From: Takakia lepidozioides
Lineage: Eukaryota > Plantae > Bryophyta
Length of the DNA stretch: 64,000 bases
Assembly (NCBI GenBank): GCA_030704615.1
Contig: CM060732.1
Location: 18,476,001 to 18,540,000, forward strand
Direction: 5' to 3'
In this document: one piece after another, positions 10,416-23,600 of the stretch
Position numbering within the stretch: position 1 is the first letter of the stretch
How the letters are laid out: each line of letters begins with the position of its first letter
Program-made: the position numbers and the translations under genes
Notes under the pieces: model-generated
Databases searched by the model: none
Told to the model about the DNA's origin: nothing
The model's input: the letters and a program-made list of their open reading frames with translations, nothing else

Positions 10416-11121
10416 TGTGTGGACTAGTGACTGCCATAGTGGGCAGCGTAGTGGCAGCCTAGTGACTGACTAGTTGTAGCCTAGTGGTTGGACTAGTGGT
10501 TGGACTAGTGGTAGACTAGTGGTATACTAGTGTGTGGTGTGCACATGTGTTGTGTGGTTTTGGACAGCGATGTAGTTGTGTAGCGATATGTATGCGCACG
10601 ACAGCTGTCAAGTTATTTTACCACTAGTGTGAAACTAGCTAGGAAATAGCTATCTTTTACATATTGACATTTGGGATTGGCCCAAGTGTCAATCCAGGGG
10701 TCAAGGCAGATTTAGGCCCTGGAGTGGTTATCTTCACGGCAAGCGCGGGAGGCTCATCTTTCTCGAGTTGAGCCTCACCGCGCCTAGCTATGGCGCCGTA
10801 GTGTGGATTCCCCATGGCGTGGGGTGCACTTGGCTTGACTTGTATTTGAGTGATGAGGTTATATATGCATGAGTTTATGCTTCAGCTTTGTGAGCTCGCA
10901 TGAGCTTGAGCTTGTATTCTTCTTCTTTATCATTGTGTGGACTAGTGACTGCCACAGTGGGCAGCGTAGTGGCAGCCTAGTGACTGACTAGTTGTAGCCT
11001 AGTGGTTGGACTAGTGGCTGGATTAGTGGTAGACTAGTGGTATACTAGTGTGTGGTGTGCACATGTGTTGTGTGGTTTTGGACAGCGATGTAGTTGTGTA
11101 GCGATATGTATGCGCACGACA
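10416..11121 (+). repeat. 3' LTR (706 bp, TG...CA) with 188-bp direct repeats at both ends (10416-10603 and 10934-11121)
   Basis: Starts just after the PPT and ends GACA at the junction with an interrupted CACTA-internal repeat unit. Confidence 0.8.
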
Positions 11122-13748
11122 ACCATCCTACTTGAGCATGTGCGCGAGTTTTTGGTGATGGCGTTCGAGGGGAGGGAGAACCCAGTTGTATGTCTCTCTC
11201 CTTCTTTAGATTCCGAGCTGCTTTATCAAGCTCTTGGATTTTTTCAATGACATTGTTGTCCTTTCGAATTCGTCAAGGAATCGAGGATGCCACCAAAGAA
11301 GTTTAGGATGCGCCTAATCCGAGGATCTCTAGAAGTTTTATACAAAGCAAAATCATTCGAAGTTGTGCTTATCTCTACCATCCCTACCTGAGCATGTGCA
11401 CGCATTTTTCTGTGACGAAGAGTATTGCATCGATTGCAATTGCGTCGTTCTGTGAAAAAACCATTCGAATTCGTCAAGGAATCGAGGATGCCACCAAAGA
11501 AGTTTAGTATGTGCCTAATCCGACGTTCTCTAGAAGTTATCTAATGTATCTAGATGTTGACTCCGGAGAGTGGAGACAACGATCTTGAAAACCAATAACC
11601 ACGATTTTGAAATAAAGCCAAAGCTTTTTACAAAGCGAAATCATCCGATGTTGTGCTTATCTCTACCATCCTACCTAAGCATGTGCGCGAGTTTTTTGTG
11701 ATGACATTCAAGGAGAGGGAGAACCCAGTTGTCTGTCTCTCTCCTTCTTTAGATTTCGAGGTGTTTTCTCAAGCTCTTGGATTTTTTCGATGAGATTGTC
11801 CACCTTTTGAATTCGTCAAGGAATCGAGGATGCCACCAAAGAAATTTTATTATGCGCCTAGTCCAAGGCTCCCTAGAAGTTATCTGATGTATCTACATGT
11901 CAACGTTGTCTCCTGATATTGAATGCCTACTACAACTCAGGTGATTATGTGAAACAACTCCCACAAAAACAACGACGTGCAACTAGAGCAAGTAATGCAA
12001 ATTGGCACTAAGACTCTACGCTATACAAATTACATGGAGGTGGAAATGTTAATGGGATCTCATCCGATGCGAAATCATCCGAGGTTGTGCTTCTCTGTAC
12101 CATCCTACCTGAGCATGTGTGCACGTTTTTCTGTGACGAAGAGTATTTGGGACCGATTGCAATTGCGTCGTTCTATGACAAAATATCGTCAAGGAATCGA
12201 GGATGCCACCAAAGAAGTTTAACATGCACATAATCCGAGGTTCTCTACAAGTTATCTGATGTATCTAGATGTGAATGTTGTCTCCTGACAGTGGATGTTT
12301 GCTAGCTACGACTTATGTGATTATGTCAAACAACTCCCACAAAGACAACGACGTGCAATTGGAATGCAACGATGTGCAATTGTATTGTATTCATGATTTG
12401 ATTTGATGATTTGTTGATTTGAAGTTTGATTTGATATTGATTTTAAAATAAGGCCAGAGCTTTATACACCGAATGATCTCCAACAAGAATGATCTGCTTC
12501 AGTTCCTTCATCTGGGTGATAATATCAGTCTCTACTTCTACTTGTTGTGCATCTTCATCAATTATTACGCAATTAAAAGCTTCAACGATCGTTGGCTTTC
12601 TATGGAGACAGTGCAAAAAAACAATGCAAACATTCTCCATGCATTCTATCTCCAACCATTCCAGTGATGTATCTAGATGTCAACGTTCTCTCCTGACAGT
12701 GGATGTTTGCTACGACTTAAATGATTATGTCAAACAACTCCCACAAAAGCAACGACGTGCAATTATATTGCATTTGCACTCCAAGATTGGGTTCTCTTCA
12801 AGTTCATGCATTGTTGATGAGCATATTTCTTAATGTTGCTTATCTTTTGAAACTTTGTATATGTGATTTGGACATACTTAAGCGCGTGTGGATCAAATAT
12901 GAGCTTGAACCAAGTTCATTCAATGAGTCATTCAAGTATTGAACACATCTACGTGTTTTAGAGACGAAAAACTACATTTCGTTTGCACATGATTTTATTT
13001 TTATTCCGTTCTTAAACCATATGCTTAATGACAGCATATGCAATGTGCGTGAAAAATTTGAGAGTGAATAAAAACAATTTAGCCCCAAAATCGTATTTTC
13101 TTCCCTCATTTGCACTCCAAAGTTGAGTTGTCTTCAACTTCATGCACTATTCATAGAGAATTATGCAATAGTGAACGAAGAAAATATTTTTTTTATATTT
13201 TATTTATTTTTGGTCCAATATTTTGCACGGATGTAGTGGTGCAAGGGTCAAATTCACAAAACAAAACACAACCAAAAAACAATTATTACGTAACAACAAT
13301 CCCCAATCCTAGACCTTCAGGCAAGAGGGCACTTGCAACACCCCAACAGGCCTACGACTGCGAGGAATCGCAACCTCGCCATTGTGGCATTTCGGTGACG
13401 TCTGAACATCGCAAAACCCAATGCGAGCTGACTCGGCCCTTCCCACACGCCTAAGTGTGAGGGGGTGTTGTTGCGATTCCCGACAGTCGCAGCCTTACGG
13501 GAACGTCGCAGAGGATACGTGCGACGCCCGGGCGTCGCAACCCTCACCTCGCTGGCGGATCATGCCCGAGCAGCAGCGACGTGGCGGAATTGCAAGCAGG
13601 CGAAGCGTCACCGAAGCGGCGCGGCAACGACAAGCCGACGTCGCAATTTCCAGGCCGGGCGCCTGCGCGGCGCTGCAGTCGCAGGAGGGTCGTCGTGTCC
13701 GGCATGCCCGAGGTCCCGGCGTCACTAACCCCCCTAAACGTAGTAGTG
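11122..13748. mobile_element. Right arm of a CACTA (En/Spm) element that hosts the Gypsy-DNMT insertion
   Basis: Terminal ...CGTAGTAGTG (reverse complement CACTACTACG) at 13739-13748; subterminal TGCGAC/GTCGCA repeats at 13350-13700; 12830-13270 is homologous to 42950-43420 in the second CACTA; degenerate tandem units GAATTCGTCAAGGAATCGAGGATGCCACCAAAGAA. Confidence 0.75.
12470..12590 (-). pseudogene. Captured fragment of a UPF1/SEN1-like SF1 helicase
   Basis: FNCVIIDEDAQQVEVET...KQIILVGDH matches the IIDEAxQ and LVGD motifs. Confidence 0.65.
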
Positions 13749-16600
13749 GAGGAGCGAGGAGAGGGTGGATGAATCAATGAAATCCCCTCTTTCCCACACA
13801 AAGGCCACATGAGAGAGCCCCTTCGATTCCCAAGTTACCCATTTCTTATGAAAGAAATTTAAATGAACACTCTCCAAATTCAAGTTTCCAAACAGTGGTT
13901 GACGTATGATTTCCTCAAAACATGTAGGCCTTCTTTGTGCTAAAAATGGCCTAACCACAATCCATGATGCCCACATGGAGCTCCATGCAGGAGATCCTTT
14001 ACCTTTGGATTTTGGTGGGCCATGAAACAACCATTTCAGGTAAGGTGCCCAAGCAATAGAGTTTGAAGGAAAGGTCCTAACATGTGGAAACGCACCAACG
14101 TGCACCAGGAATTGTCACCATGGAAGAGGGCCCTTGGAATCCATTTTGCCAGCAGGGCAGTTATCTGGGATGATGGATCAATTAATCCAAGACCTCCTTT
14201 TTTGGGTCTGCAGAGTTTTTTTGGGTTTGCAGGGCTCGCTTTGAGGGCGCTTGAGGCTTGGCTCCCCATAGAAAATTGCGCATCATTTATGAATTTTGAT
14301 CCAGGAGACCAGACTGAAGCAAAATACCAAACAGATGCAAGCAAAATTTGATTAAGCACAAGGGCTCTCCCAGCCAAGGAGAGCATGGCTGAGCTCCAAA
14401 ACGCTAGTTTGTTATGGAGCTTTGACAGAACAAGTTCAAATCTTTGATCATCTGTGAGACCAATACCCACTGGAAACCCTAGAAGAGTATGAGCTGAGCC
14501 TGGTTGCAACCATTTGAGCCCCAAATCATGCCCCCAAGGAGGCCCATGGTGCTTGGATGCATTGGGGGGTAGCTCAGTCAGGAGCCCTATAGATTTATTC
14601 CAGTTCACTTTAAGCGCAGAGGCCAAGCAGAATATCTGAAGAGCCTCCCGGGCTCTTTCAATATTAGAGGAGCTCTCATTGTTCAGTAGCAGGGTAGTAT
14701 CATCTGCATACATGGATAGTTTGACAGTTGAACCCTGGCCAAGGGGCAACCCTGCCTCACAGATCTTAAGAGAGCAAAGGGTTTAGAGATAGCCCCATTT
14801 ATCGCTACCTTGCTGGAGGCAGAGGTTAGGAGAAGCTTAACCCAGTCAGAGAAGGCTGATGGCATCCCCATTTCAGCCAGGACCTTATGGAGAAAGCCCC
14901 AATCTATGTTGTCAAAAGCTTTTTCAAAGTCTAGCATAAGGATTGCTAGAGGCTGCTCTGTAATTTTGGCCTCATGGATGGCCTCATTAACAAGCATCAG
15001 ATTATCCAGAATCATCCTTCCCTTAAGAAAGCCGGTTTGCTCGGGCCTTATAATTCTGGACAGCACTGGCTGAAGTCTTATAGCCAGAGCCTTAGCAATG
15101 ATTTTGTAAGAAGTGTTCAGCAGAGTAATTGGACGATAGTTAGAAATAGAGCTCCTGTCCCCCTTTTTGAAAACCAAAGTGATGAGGCCAACTGATAATT
15201 GTGAGGGCATAATGCCTTTGGCAAGAGTGTCTTTGGTAAACTCTACAAAGTCATCTCCTATACTTGGCCACAGTGCTTTAAAGAGCTCTACTGGAAGACC
15301 ATCAATTCTAGGTGCCTTGCCAGATTGCAGAGAATCCAATGCATGACCTAGCTCCGATTCTGAAAGAGGGGCAGATAAGGACTCTTTTTCTTTATCAGAG
15401 AGGAGAGCAGGGATGTGCTGCAAAATGGTATCAGCTGCTTGATCCACTTCTGCAGATTGAGGTCTCTTCGAGAATAGGCCCGCAAAGTGTTCTTCTGCAA
15501 TGCTGACCATGTCCTTCGGAGAGGAGGATGAGGAGCCATCAGCCCTTGCAAATGAAGCAATGGAAGTAGCTAATCTTCTTTGCTTGGCTTTGACGAAGAA
15601 TTATTTATTCATCTTTTCTCCTTTGAGAGACCAATTTACCCCTGCTTTTCTACGCAAGGCATTGTCTTTCTCATGTTTGAATTGCCAAAGATTGGTCTTA
15701 GCCCTATGGTAATTCTGCAGAGGGCAAGGACCCTCATCGTTGTTTTGAAGAAGCTGTTGACAAAGCCTGAGACATTTTAGTAGAGATTTCTTTTTTTGGG
15801 ATTTTGCAATAGTGAGCTCTCTGGAGAGAACTATAGCTTTTGCACGAACAGCTTCTAGCTTAGAGAGAAATCTGAGAGTGGGGGATTCAAAAGAATTCCC
15901 GGAGGAGGACCAGACTTGGGCCAGAACATTGACCAAGTCCTGGTGCTTAAGAAGGGTCGGATTCAGCTTAAAGTAGCCTCTGCCTTTAGGTCTAGTGCCA
16001 GGAGCCGTGAAGAGAGAGCTAATTTGAGCATGATCATAGTCCGGCAACACTGGGCCTAGAGGTGCAGTCCTAGACCAAGGAATGATACTAGTACAATAAA
16101 TACAATCAAGCCTGGCCATTACTAAAGAGGAGATCTGCAGTTGGACCATGTGAAACGAAGGCTAACTTCTTCAGGGATCGAAATGTCAACCAGCCCTACC
16201 GAGAGACACAAAGCTTCCCAGGCACTAAGCTCTTCTGGCGTAAGATTGGGAGAACCGGGATCTAGCCTGTCCATGGTTCTGTCAGTCATATTAAAGTCTC
16301 CAGCCAGAATCCAATGGTCTACTTCTGTCATCTAAAGAATTTTGGAATGCAGCATGAGCCAAAAAGAGATCCTATCGGTGACAACGTTAGGAGCATAAAT
16401 ATTTATAAGGCCAATTTTGCCACCCGAGCCAGGGATAGTGAGAAGACCGAATTGAGCTCTTCCCACCATCCATGTTTGGACATTAGAGATGTGGGCAGCC
16501 AGGCCCGGGGGAACGAGCACCGCTGTTCCTCCTCGGGAATCAGCTAGTGTTCTGTTCCACCAGGCAAGGAGGGAGGGAGGCGGGAGTGCTGAGAGAGGGG
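13749..16600 (-). pseudogene. L1/Tx1-like LINE ORF2 (APE endonuclease + RT), frameshifted, 3'-truncated by the CACTA
   Basis: INIYAPN, LAGDFN, ARLD, YRPITLLN, QTGF, LDFEKAFD, VRQGCPL and YADD motifs spread over several frames. Confidence 0.92.
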
Positions 16601-16948
16601 GAGGAGACCCATCTTCTCTAGAAGGGCGGGAGGGGGAGCAGCTGCCATGAGAGAGGGGGAGCGTTTAAGACATGAGGATGCGGAGATGTGCTTTGCTGCA
16701 GCAGGGTGCACTTGTTAGATGAATTTTGACAAAGAGGAGCTGACCAGGGTCCCACTTCAGATAGTGCCGGGGTCTGAACTGCAAGCAGATGCGGAGGAGG
16801 TGTACATAAGAAAGTGGAAGCAGAGAGAAGAGACAGCGTTGGGGAGGAGGGTGGGCGGAGTAAGACATTCTTACCAGGGATGGCGAGGATGATGGAGCGT
16901 ATGGGGAAAGTTGGGCCCTCTTGGTAGTTTTGACGTAGGGAAGGAAAC

Positions 16949-18749
16949 CTACTTCTCCTTCTTTTCCAGGTGGGGGCGACGGATAGGGGATGGGGTCGCA
17001 CCACGGATAGCATTTGCCAGTCTGAAGCCCGCATATAATACCCTGATGTTGCCATGGAAGCCACCAACTGATCCTTCCTGCAGCTCCTTCTTAGAAATCC
17101 ATGTAAAGCCCTTGGTGGTTTCACTGTCGCCCACAATGTCCTCCCAACGGAATGCCAGAATGGTGTGGACTGTAGAGGCTGAGTCAAATTCATTGTTGTT
17201 TTCCCAAAAAGCTCCAAAGTGGACATTGGTGTCATTAGAAAGCTGGAATTTGAAAGCTTGCTTGGCGAATATGTTTCCCACCAGCTTGAGTGATAGCTCG
17301 ACTTCTTTGGAGGCAGGGTAGTAGGTGGCGTGATGAGTGGTGATCCAAGCACCTAGGAGGCCTTCCAACCCATTGGTTAGCAAAATGGATGGAGGGTATT
17401 CAGGACCTTCCAAGCAAGTGTAGATGACAGGGGTGATCTTTACCACAGCCAGGGTTCTCCTCACGGCGTTGTCCGGCGTCCATTCACAAAGCCTAAGATG
17501 CGCAAAAGATCGGAGCTCCAAGCATCTGGTAGCTAAATTGATCTGCGGCTCATCTAGAGTGCTGGAGAAATGGCAGAAATCGAATACTGCAGGAGGGTGA
17601 TGGGGAGGGGGGCTTCCCTGATCACGCGGCAGTAGGAAGAGCTTCGGGCGAGGGGGGGGGGAAGATACCGTGGGCGGCCCTGTTCTCTTACGCTTTGCTA
17701 CCCGGCCATCTGCAAATACAGGGAGCGAGGCGGCAGCAGTGTTGGCTCCCTCAGAGCGGGAAGGGGAAATCATTTGTAGCTTTTGGGTGCTGATAGGCCC
17801 ATTAGACGTAGGAGCAGCAGATGCAGGTAGAGAAGCAGGTACCGTTACTGTGCGCTGGTGTCGTTCACCTTTTTCTTTTTCTTTGTCTTTGTGAGGGCAG
17901 TCTGCCTTGACGTGCCCCTCACCGTTGCAGCCGAAGCATGTAATACTGAGAATCTCCTCTTTAATTTGAACTGAAATGAAAGAACCATCTAGCGTAGGCA
18001 GCTTGATGGCATTCCCGGTCTTCGCATTTTCTGGCATCATCACAATCACTTTGGGTACTCCACTGTCTCTGTTGGAGTCAAACAACCACAGGTCCTGGTC
18101 AACGCTGAGCACCGCGTCGTTGATAGGATCAGAAACATTGAGGCTCCCGATGTAGGAGCCGAAGTGCGCTCCAATCTCTGGTAGAGATGCTAGATAGTTG
18201 TCAGGTAAGTAGGGAAGGGCTATAATTGTTGGCTTGCATGTTGCTCCATCTTTGTGACCCCAGTCCCAAGGAAAGATGTGGACTTTGAAGCGCGACCTGC
18301 GGGTGTTAAAGGCCAGAGCCCTATCTGCCTCCTCCTTTGATACAAATTTCACCGTGTAGAAGCCCCTGCCCATGGGGTGGCAAAAGTGATGCGTGAGCCC
18401 GCCCTCTGTTCCTAGGTGCTGGACAATCCAATTTCTCACGTCATCTGTGTCTCTTGGGCGCCCTGGAAAGTGCACAAGGATGCCGGGTTGCATCATTTTC
18501 TTGGAGTGGGCCCTTAAGCACTCTAAATTCAGTTGGATGATTTCCTGAGAATCAGATGTCGGGGCAACCGATTCCGCCCAAGGAACAAGCTCCATGCCCG
18601 ACGTGGGGATAGTGACCTCCCCGGGCCCTTGCCTAGAATGGAGGGGCAGGGATAGAGGAGGAAGAGCGGGTCGTCCAGCTGCCCCTGCCTCTTGCGCTAC
18701 CACCTGATCCTGATCGCTTTCTGCGGGAGGGAACACCTCTAGATGCCAT
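16949..18749 (-). CDS. LINE ORF1 (RRM/DUF4283-like region + CCHC knuckle) with an unusual C-terminal domain
   Basis: GRGFYTVKF..EEADRAL..FPW, CFGCNGEGHVKADC; lies upstream of ORF2 on the same strand. Confidence 0.8.
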
Positions 18750-20689
18750 GATCAGGAGAAGAGGAGGTTATAAAACACCAAGCTCCGGGCTCTCAGCACC
18801 AATTACCAAAGCTTTGCAAGGCCTAAGAAGGAGCAGAGAGGGGGTGAGGAGCGAATTCACCTTGAAATAGCTGTGTTCTCCCATGAATCCTCTGTGAGGA
18901 AGAGCAGGGAGCTCAAAAGCGCTGACAGATTGATTAAGGCAAGAGCGCACTACAATAGAGCGGGGCGCGCGACTGCAGTCAGGAAGCTGTAAACTCACTA
19001 AATTTGTCACGGCGGAGATTTAACACTCTGAGACTGGCAGCCGCAAACGGAGAGACCAGAGGGAGCGACAGGAGGCTGGGGAGCTGACAAAGTCAGTAAT
19101 TTTTTTAGAACTGAAGCGAGACAGATAGAGCTCAGCTCTGCGGAGGGGGGCGCAGATACGGGGACTGGACTTCAGTCCGTCAGTGTGAGGGAAGAGCCGT
19201 AATGCGCCGCCAAGAGGAGAGAGGAAGTGGGGGGCCAAAACGGCGCTAACACATGCAGAAGGTAAATCAAGGCGTGTAAAGAGCATGCATTAGGCCAGCA
19301 AGGCAGATTAGAGAAGAGGAGCGTGGTACACCGGTCGGAAAGGGACATGAAGCACGCTGGAAGGGGAGGGATGTTGGAAAAGTTGGGGAGACTAAGTCCC
19401 AACTCTCCTCACCGCGAACTACGGAGCCCTCCATCCCCCTGGCTATCCGCTTATTTTGGATAGTTGCAGAGAGTCGTTCATTTTCCGTTTTTTTTATCAA
19501 TCCAGTTTCCGTACCCTTTTCTCAAAAAACAAAAAAGTGCAATCGTGAACAGCTCAATTACAAGTGAAAAATGGAGCACCAATTTCGACATTAACACTGT
19601 ATCCTAGCCCAATTTTTTTGGTGGACTTGTCTATGTTTTTGTTCTTGAGTATTGGCCCTGGCTGATATTCAGGGTCGTGTGTTTGTTCTTGGAGTTTTCA
19701 TATTTTCCTCCTCTAATTGTAAATAAAGCTTTCAGGGGTGCGGGCCGCCCCCCACCTTTAAAAAAAAAACAATGTAAAAAAGAAAAAGAAAAAAAGAGAA
19801 TAAGTTCAAAACAATCATCCCCACATACGACTCTCATGTCAATGGAGCAAAAAGAAATGTTTCATTTTAGCCTAGAGTGGGGCAGCAAGTCATTGACTTG
19901 GCATCCCGGACCACAAAACAAAACCCACTTCTAATGATGTGTCACCACAATGAAATTATCATACTATAGGGCAGCTTCAGTCCTTGGCCCCTTTATTTAA
20001 AAAAAATAAATCATCTATATAATAAGCAAGGTAGTTTGTTTGTTTGTTTTGTTTCGTCATTGAGATCTCCCAAACCGCAAGGCCTCCACCCAGGATCTTA
20101 ATACCACTGGAAAGCCTTTTGATGGGTAGGGGTGCATCCAGGTGGTCGTCATAACTTTTGGACCTATGGTATGGGAGATACAAAATTCCAAGGATTTTTG
20201 GTCACTGGAAATTCATAAAAATAGCAAAATGGCTCTATGAGTAGGCAGTCTCATAATTTTTTGGACCTAGGGCAGTGTGGGAGATACTGAGTTTCACATT
20301 TTTTTGTCACTGAAAATTCATGAAATATAGTAAATTGGGTTTTTCTGGAATATATAACTGCGGTACAATATGTGCTCAACGCCGCAGGCCACACTAACTT
20401 AGTAGTAGTGGGTTTGGGTTGGCGGTGCAACCTTAAGGCAACAACTTCCAACCAAGGTGTCCGTCCACCTTCCAAATGGAAAGCAATAATAACAAACATT
20501 GAGACGAAGCTTGGGCAGCAATCCATCTTGGCTTTTTCGTTGATTGTTGAAATTTTTTCTTGCCCACTTATGGTAGTAGGATGACTCAGCAAGGGCCTCC
20601 CCAGAGGCGGAAGGATTTAGTGGTGACATTGGGGGTGATTGAGTATGTTATGTTAGTAATAAGCAAACAATGACATGAAAATGTGGGAA

Positions 20690-23600
20690 GAAATTGACAT
20701 GGAGTCAGCAGAGCGTGGGGATCTGGTGGGGGCTGCACACATCTGCTGACACAAGAGCTGGGACGCCAGCCGGACCGGCCTGGAGTCCATCACGTGCCCA
20801 ATTCCATCTGCATCACCTTGGATCATCCCTGCCACATAACTTAAATGCCGTGCCGCCTTCTCTCCTTCTCACCTGAATGCCTCGAGTGCAGCAAAAAAGC
20901 CTCCAGTAGGTGAACTATGTAAGCAAAAAGACAAGTGAAGTCCAGTCCAAGAAAGAGGGAAGGCTCATGTCAGCCTCGTTGCAACAGCTTGGCGTGTACT
21001 TGACTCTCGCACACTCTTGCACTCGTGGAATTTGTGTGGGACTTCCCACCATGTCCCTTTGCCTGTCTGATGAGGGAGTCAGTCAAAGCTTCTTTTTATC
21101 TTTTGGGCTTCTACACAAACTCAGACAGGCCGGCTTTTTCAAGGCAAGCATCTCCCATCTACATCTCCCATCGTTCAAGTATGTGATAGGGAATGGGAGG
21201 GGGTCAGATCTCCCCCCGGAGGTGTGTTGATCACAACCTTTGACTGGTCATCTCAACAATTTTATCTACAGAAAGACACGTTCATCCAAGCTTTCTGAAA
21301 TCGGGTGGCCCTACCAGGCATGTTTGAGGCGCCAAGGAGCAGCTTCACAGTAGGTACAAAAGAAAAGGCTGGTTGAATCAGCCGTAAGGCCCTAGCCACT
21401 CGGAGGTAGTGCTGGGGCAGGTGTGGTTTGGAAGATATCAAGAACATTCACAGGTGTACTGCTTAGCTTTCCAACAGCAGAAAGTTGAAATTCAATCTTG
21501 GGAGTTATGGGTAAGCAGAAGGGCGCACTCTTTTGAGTTGAGAAGGGTGAAGGATGTAAAAAGAGTCACAGCTGCTGTGTAACTTGGGAGGGATTAAATG
21601 GGGGTTTCCACAACAAATCGTCCAAAGAGTGTGCAACCCCTTACCAACCCTTCCTCAGGTAATGAATATCTATGACTGCCACAAGGGCAGTAGGTGCTAT
21701 GAACAGCTCGTGATTGATAAAGAGCATCCTTCACCCATTCTGCTTCGAAGCTTGCTCTTGCAGTGCCCAATTTGAGGTCATTGATGTTAATGATGACCCC
21801 CATTTCAGCTATGCCTGCCTGTCGGACGAGAAACATACCACCCTAGAAAGCCCAGAGGAGCCATGGGCAGATTCTTCAAACACAAGAAGCAGTTTATCAA
21901 CTGATACAAAACATTGGATGCCGGTTGATCAACTTATTCATAACTTTGTTAGCCTTCTCAGACTGTGTAGAGGGCAAGGCTCCGACAGCTACCAGCTGCT
22001 GAGCACGGTCGTTTAGCTCCGCGATCACTCTCTTCCTGGTCTCTTCTGCCTCTGCCTTCTCCTGTTTGCACCCAGACCAAATCTCGTGAGTGGGGAAGAT
22101 GATCACATACAAGGTTGATTACTATAATCACCACTTGTTGCATATTACAAACCCTCACCCAGGATGTAATAAAGAGGACCTTTTTGGACCCTGCACGAGT
22201 GCTCCCCTGTATCTTGCACCGCAGGGGGGTAATGGAATAAGTTCTTGAGATGCAAACGATTGATGGTCAAAGAGCAGAAGTTCAGTCAGTGCAAAGCCCC
22301 ACATTGACTAATGTCCCCAAAGGAGTGCGAACAAGGGGGCATAGGTTATTTCCAGAATCTTCTGGTAAGCTGCAGATTATGGCGCCATCCACAAAAGTTT
22401 TGGCTATGCCAGTGTTATAGCAGAAAAGGATTCTCGTACCTGTCATGTACAAAGCATCTTCGCTATGAATTCCATGAAATCCATGTATCACTTAAGAAGG
22501 CCATGCACGACCCCGCCCATGCAACCCCACCATCCTGACTGCAGCGCTAGTCTGATTCTTTGTTCTTGCATTCAAGTTCACTACAACGCGTGCCCATCAT
22601 AAGCAAAACTACTGCATGAAAAATATTTACGCCTTTAAGGGTTTCCTTCCATCAAGTGTGCACCACTTGAGTACAGATCCCTGACATTCAATTGAGTATA
22701 TTGACTCAAAGGCTAATGTCAGATTTGGATTTCATTGGTTCTGAAAGACAAGCAGGGGTCTATGACAGTAAAAGGCTCATGTATGTCTAACTGTGGAGAC
22801 AAAAGACCAAAAGCACTGACCCGCTCAGCACGAGTTCGAGCGTCTGCAATGGCCCTCTCAGCTTCTTCATGTGCACGGGCTTTGATGCGCACTTCATCCT
22901 CTAAGGCTTTTGCCACCATTTTCTCTGCACGCACCTGCACTCTCAGGTGACATAGTACGTCAAAACCCTTAGTAGCGATTTGTCTGTCGAAGCATGACAC
23001 AGATAACACAAGGGGAGAGAGAGACGGGGACAGGATGGAGGGGAAGGGTGAAGGAGGCAACAAGAGAATGTTTATAAGCAAGAGGAGACAGACACGTCGT
23101 GAATTTATGAAGTTCAGATGAAAGACCAGGTGAGAGAACAAGTCTGTCTAGCTGCCTGGGTGTTTCCTTCTACCTTCTTTGGGTCCCATAGGTCCTCTGG
23201 GCCTCCAGTGGACATAACGAATTCTTTTTCTGTTTTGCAATGTGATATCAGGCATCTGATAGGTCAATGAGAGGCAGAATGGAGACCTAAAAGACAGACA
23301 AAGGCACAGAAAAATGGAGGGAGGAAGACCTTGGCATCTTGAACAGCACGTCCAGCTCGTTGCTCCTCTCCTTTGCGGCGCTCCAAAGCTCGGGCTTCGT
23401 GGCGCATCCTTCGCTGCTCTGCCCTGGCCTGCAGTGTTTCACACTACGAATTCAGTCTTCTACCAGCAATGTACTCCAATTTTCTCAACTAAGAACCCCA
23501 AATTCTATGTCCTTGTGATTGTGCAGTATTTGCCTCTGCCTTACAGTTTGGTGAAACAACAGAACCAGGTCACATTCCAGTCCACCAAAATCACAATTAG

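Larger units (their letters stand above)
1..11121 (+). mobile_element. Ty3/Gypsy LTR retrotransposon carrying a DNA cytosine methyltransferase and a PHD finger; 5' end lies outside the window
   Basis: Gag-PR-RT-RH-IN order (integrase after RNase H indicates Gypsy). Polypurine tract AGGGGGGCGA at 10405-10414 is followed by a TG...CA LTR at 10416-11121. Region 1-980 resembles the leader of the sister copy at about 35250-36000. Confidence 0.93.
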
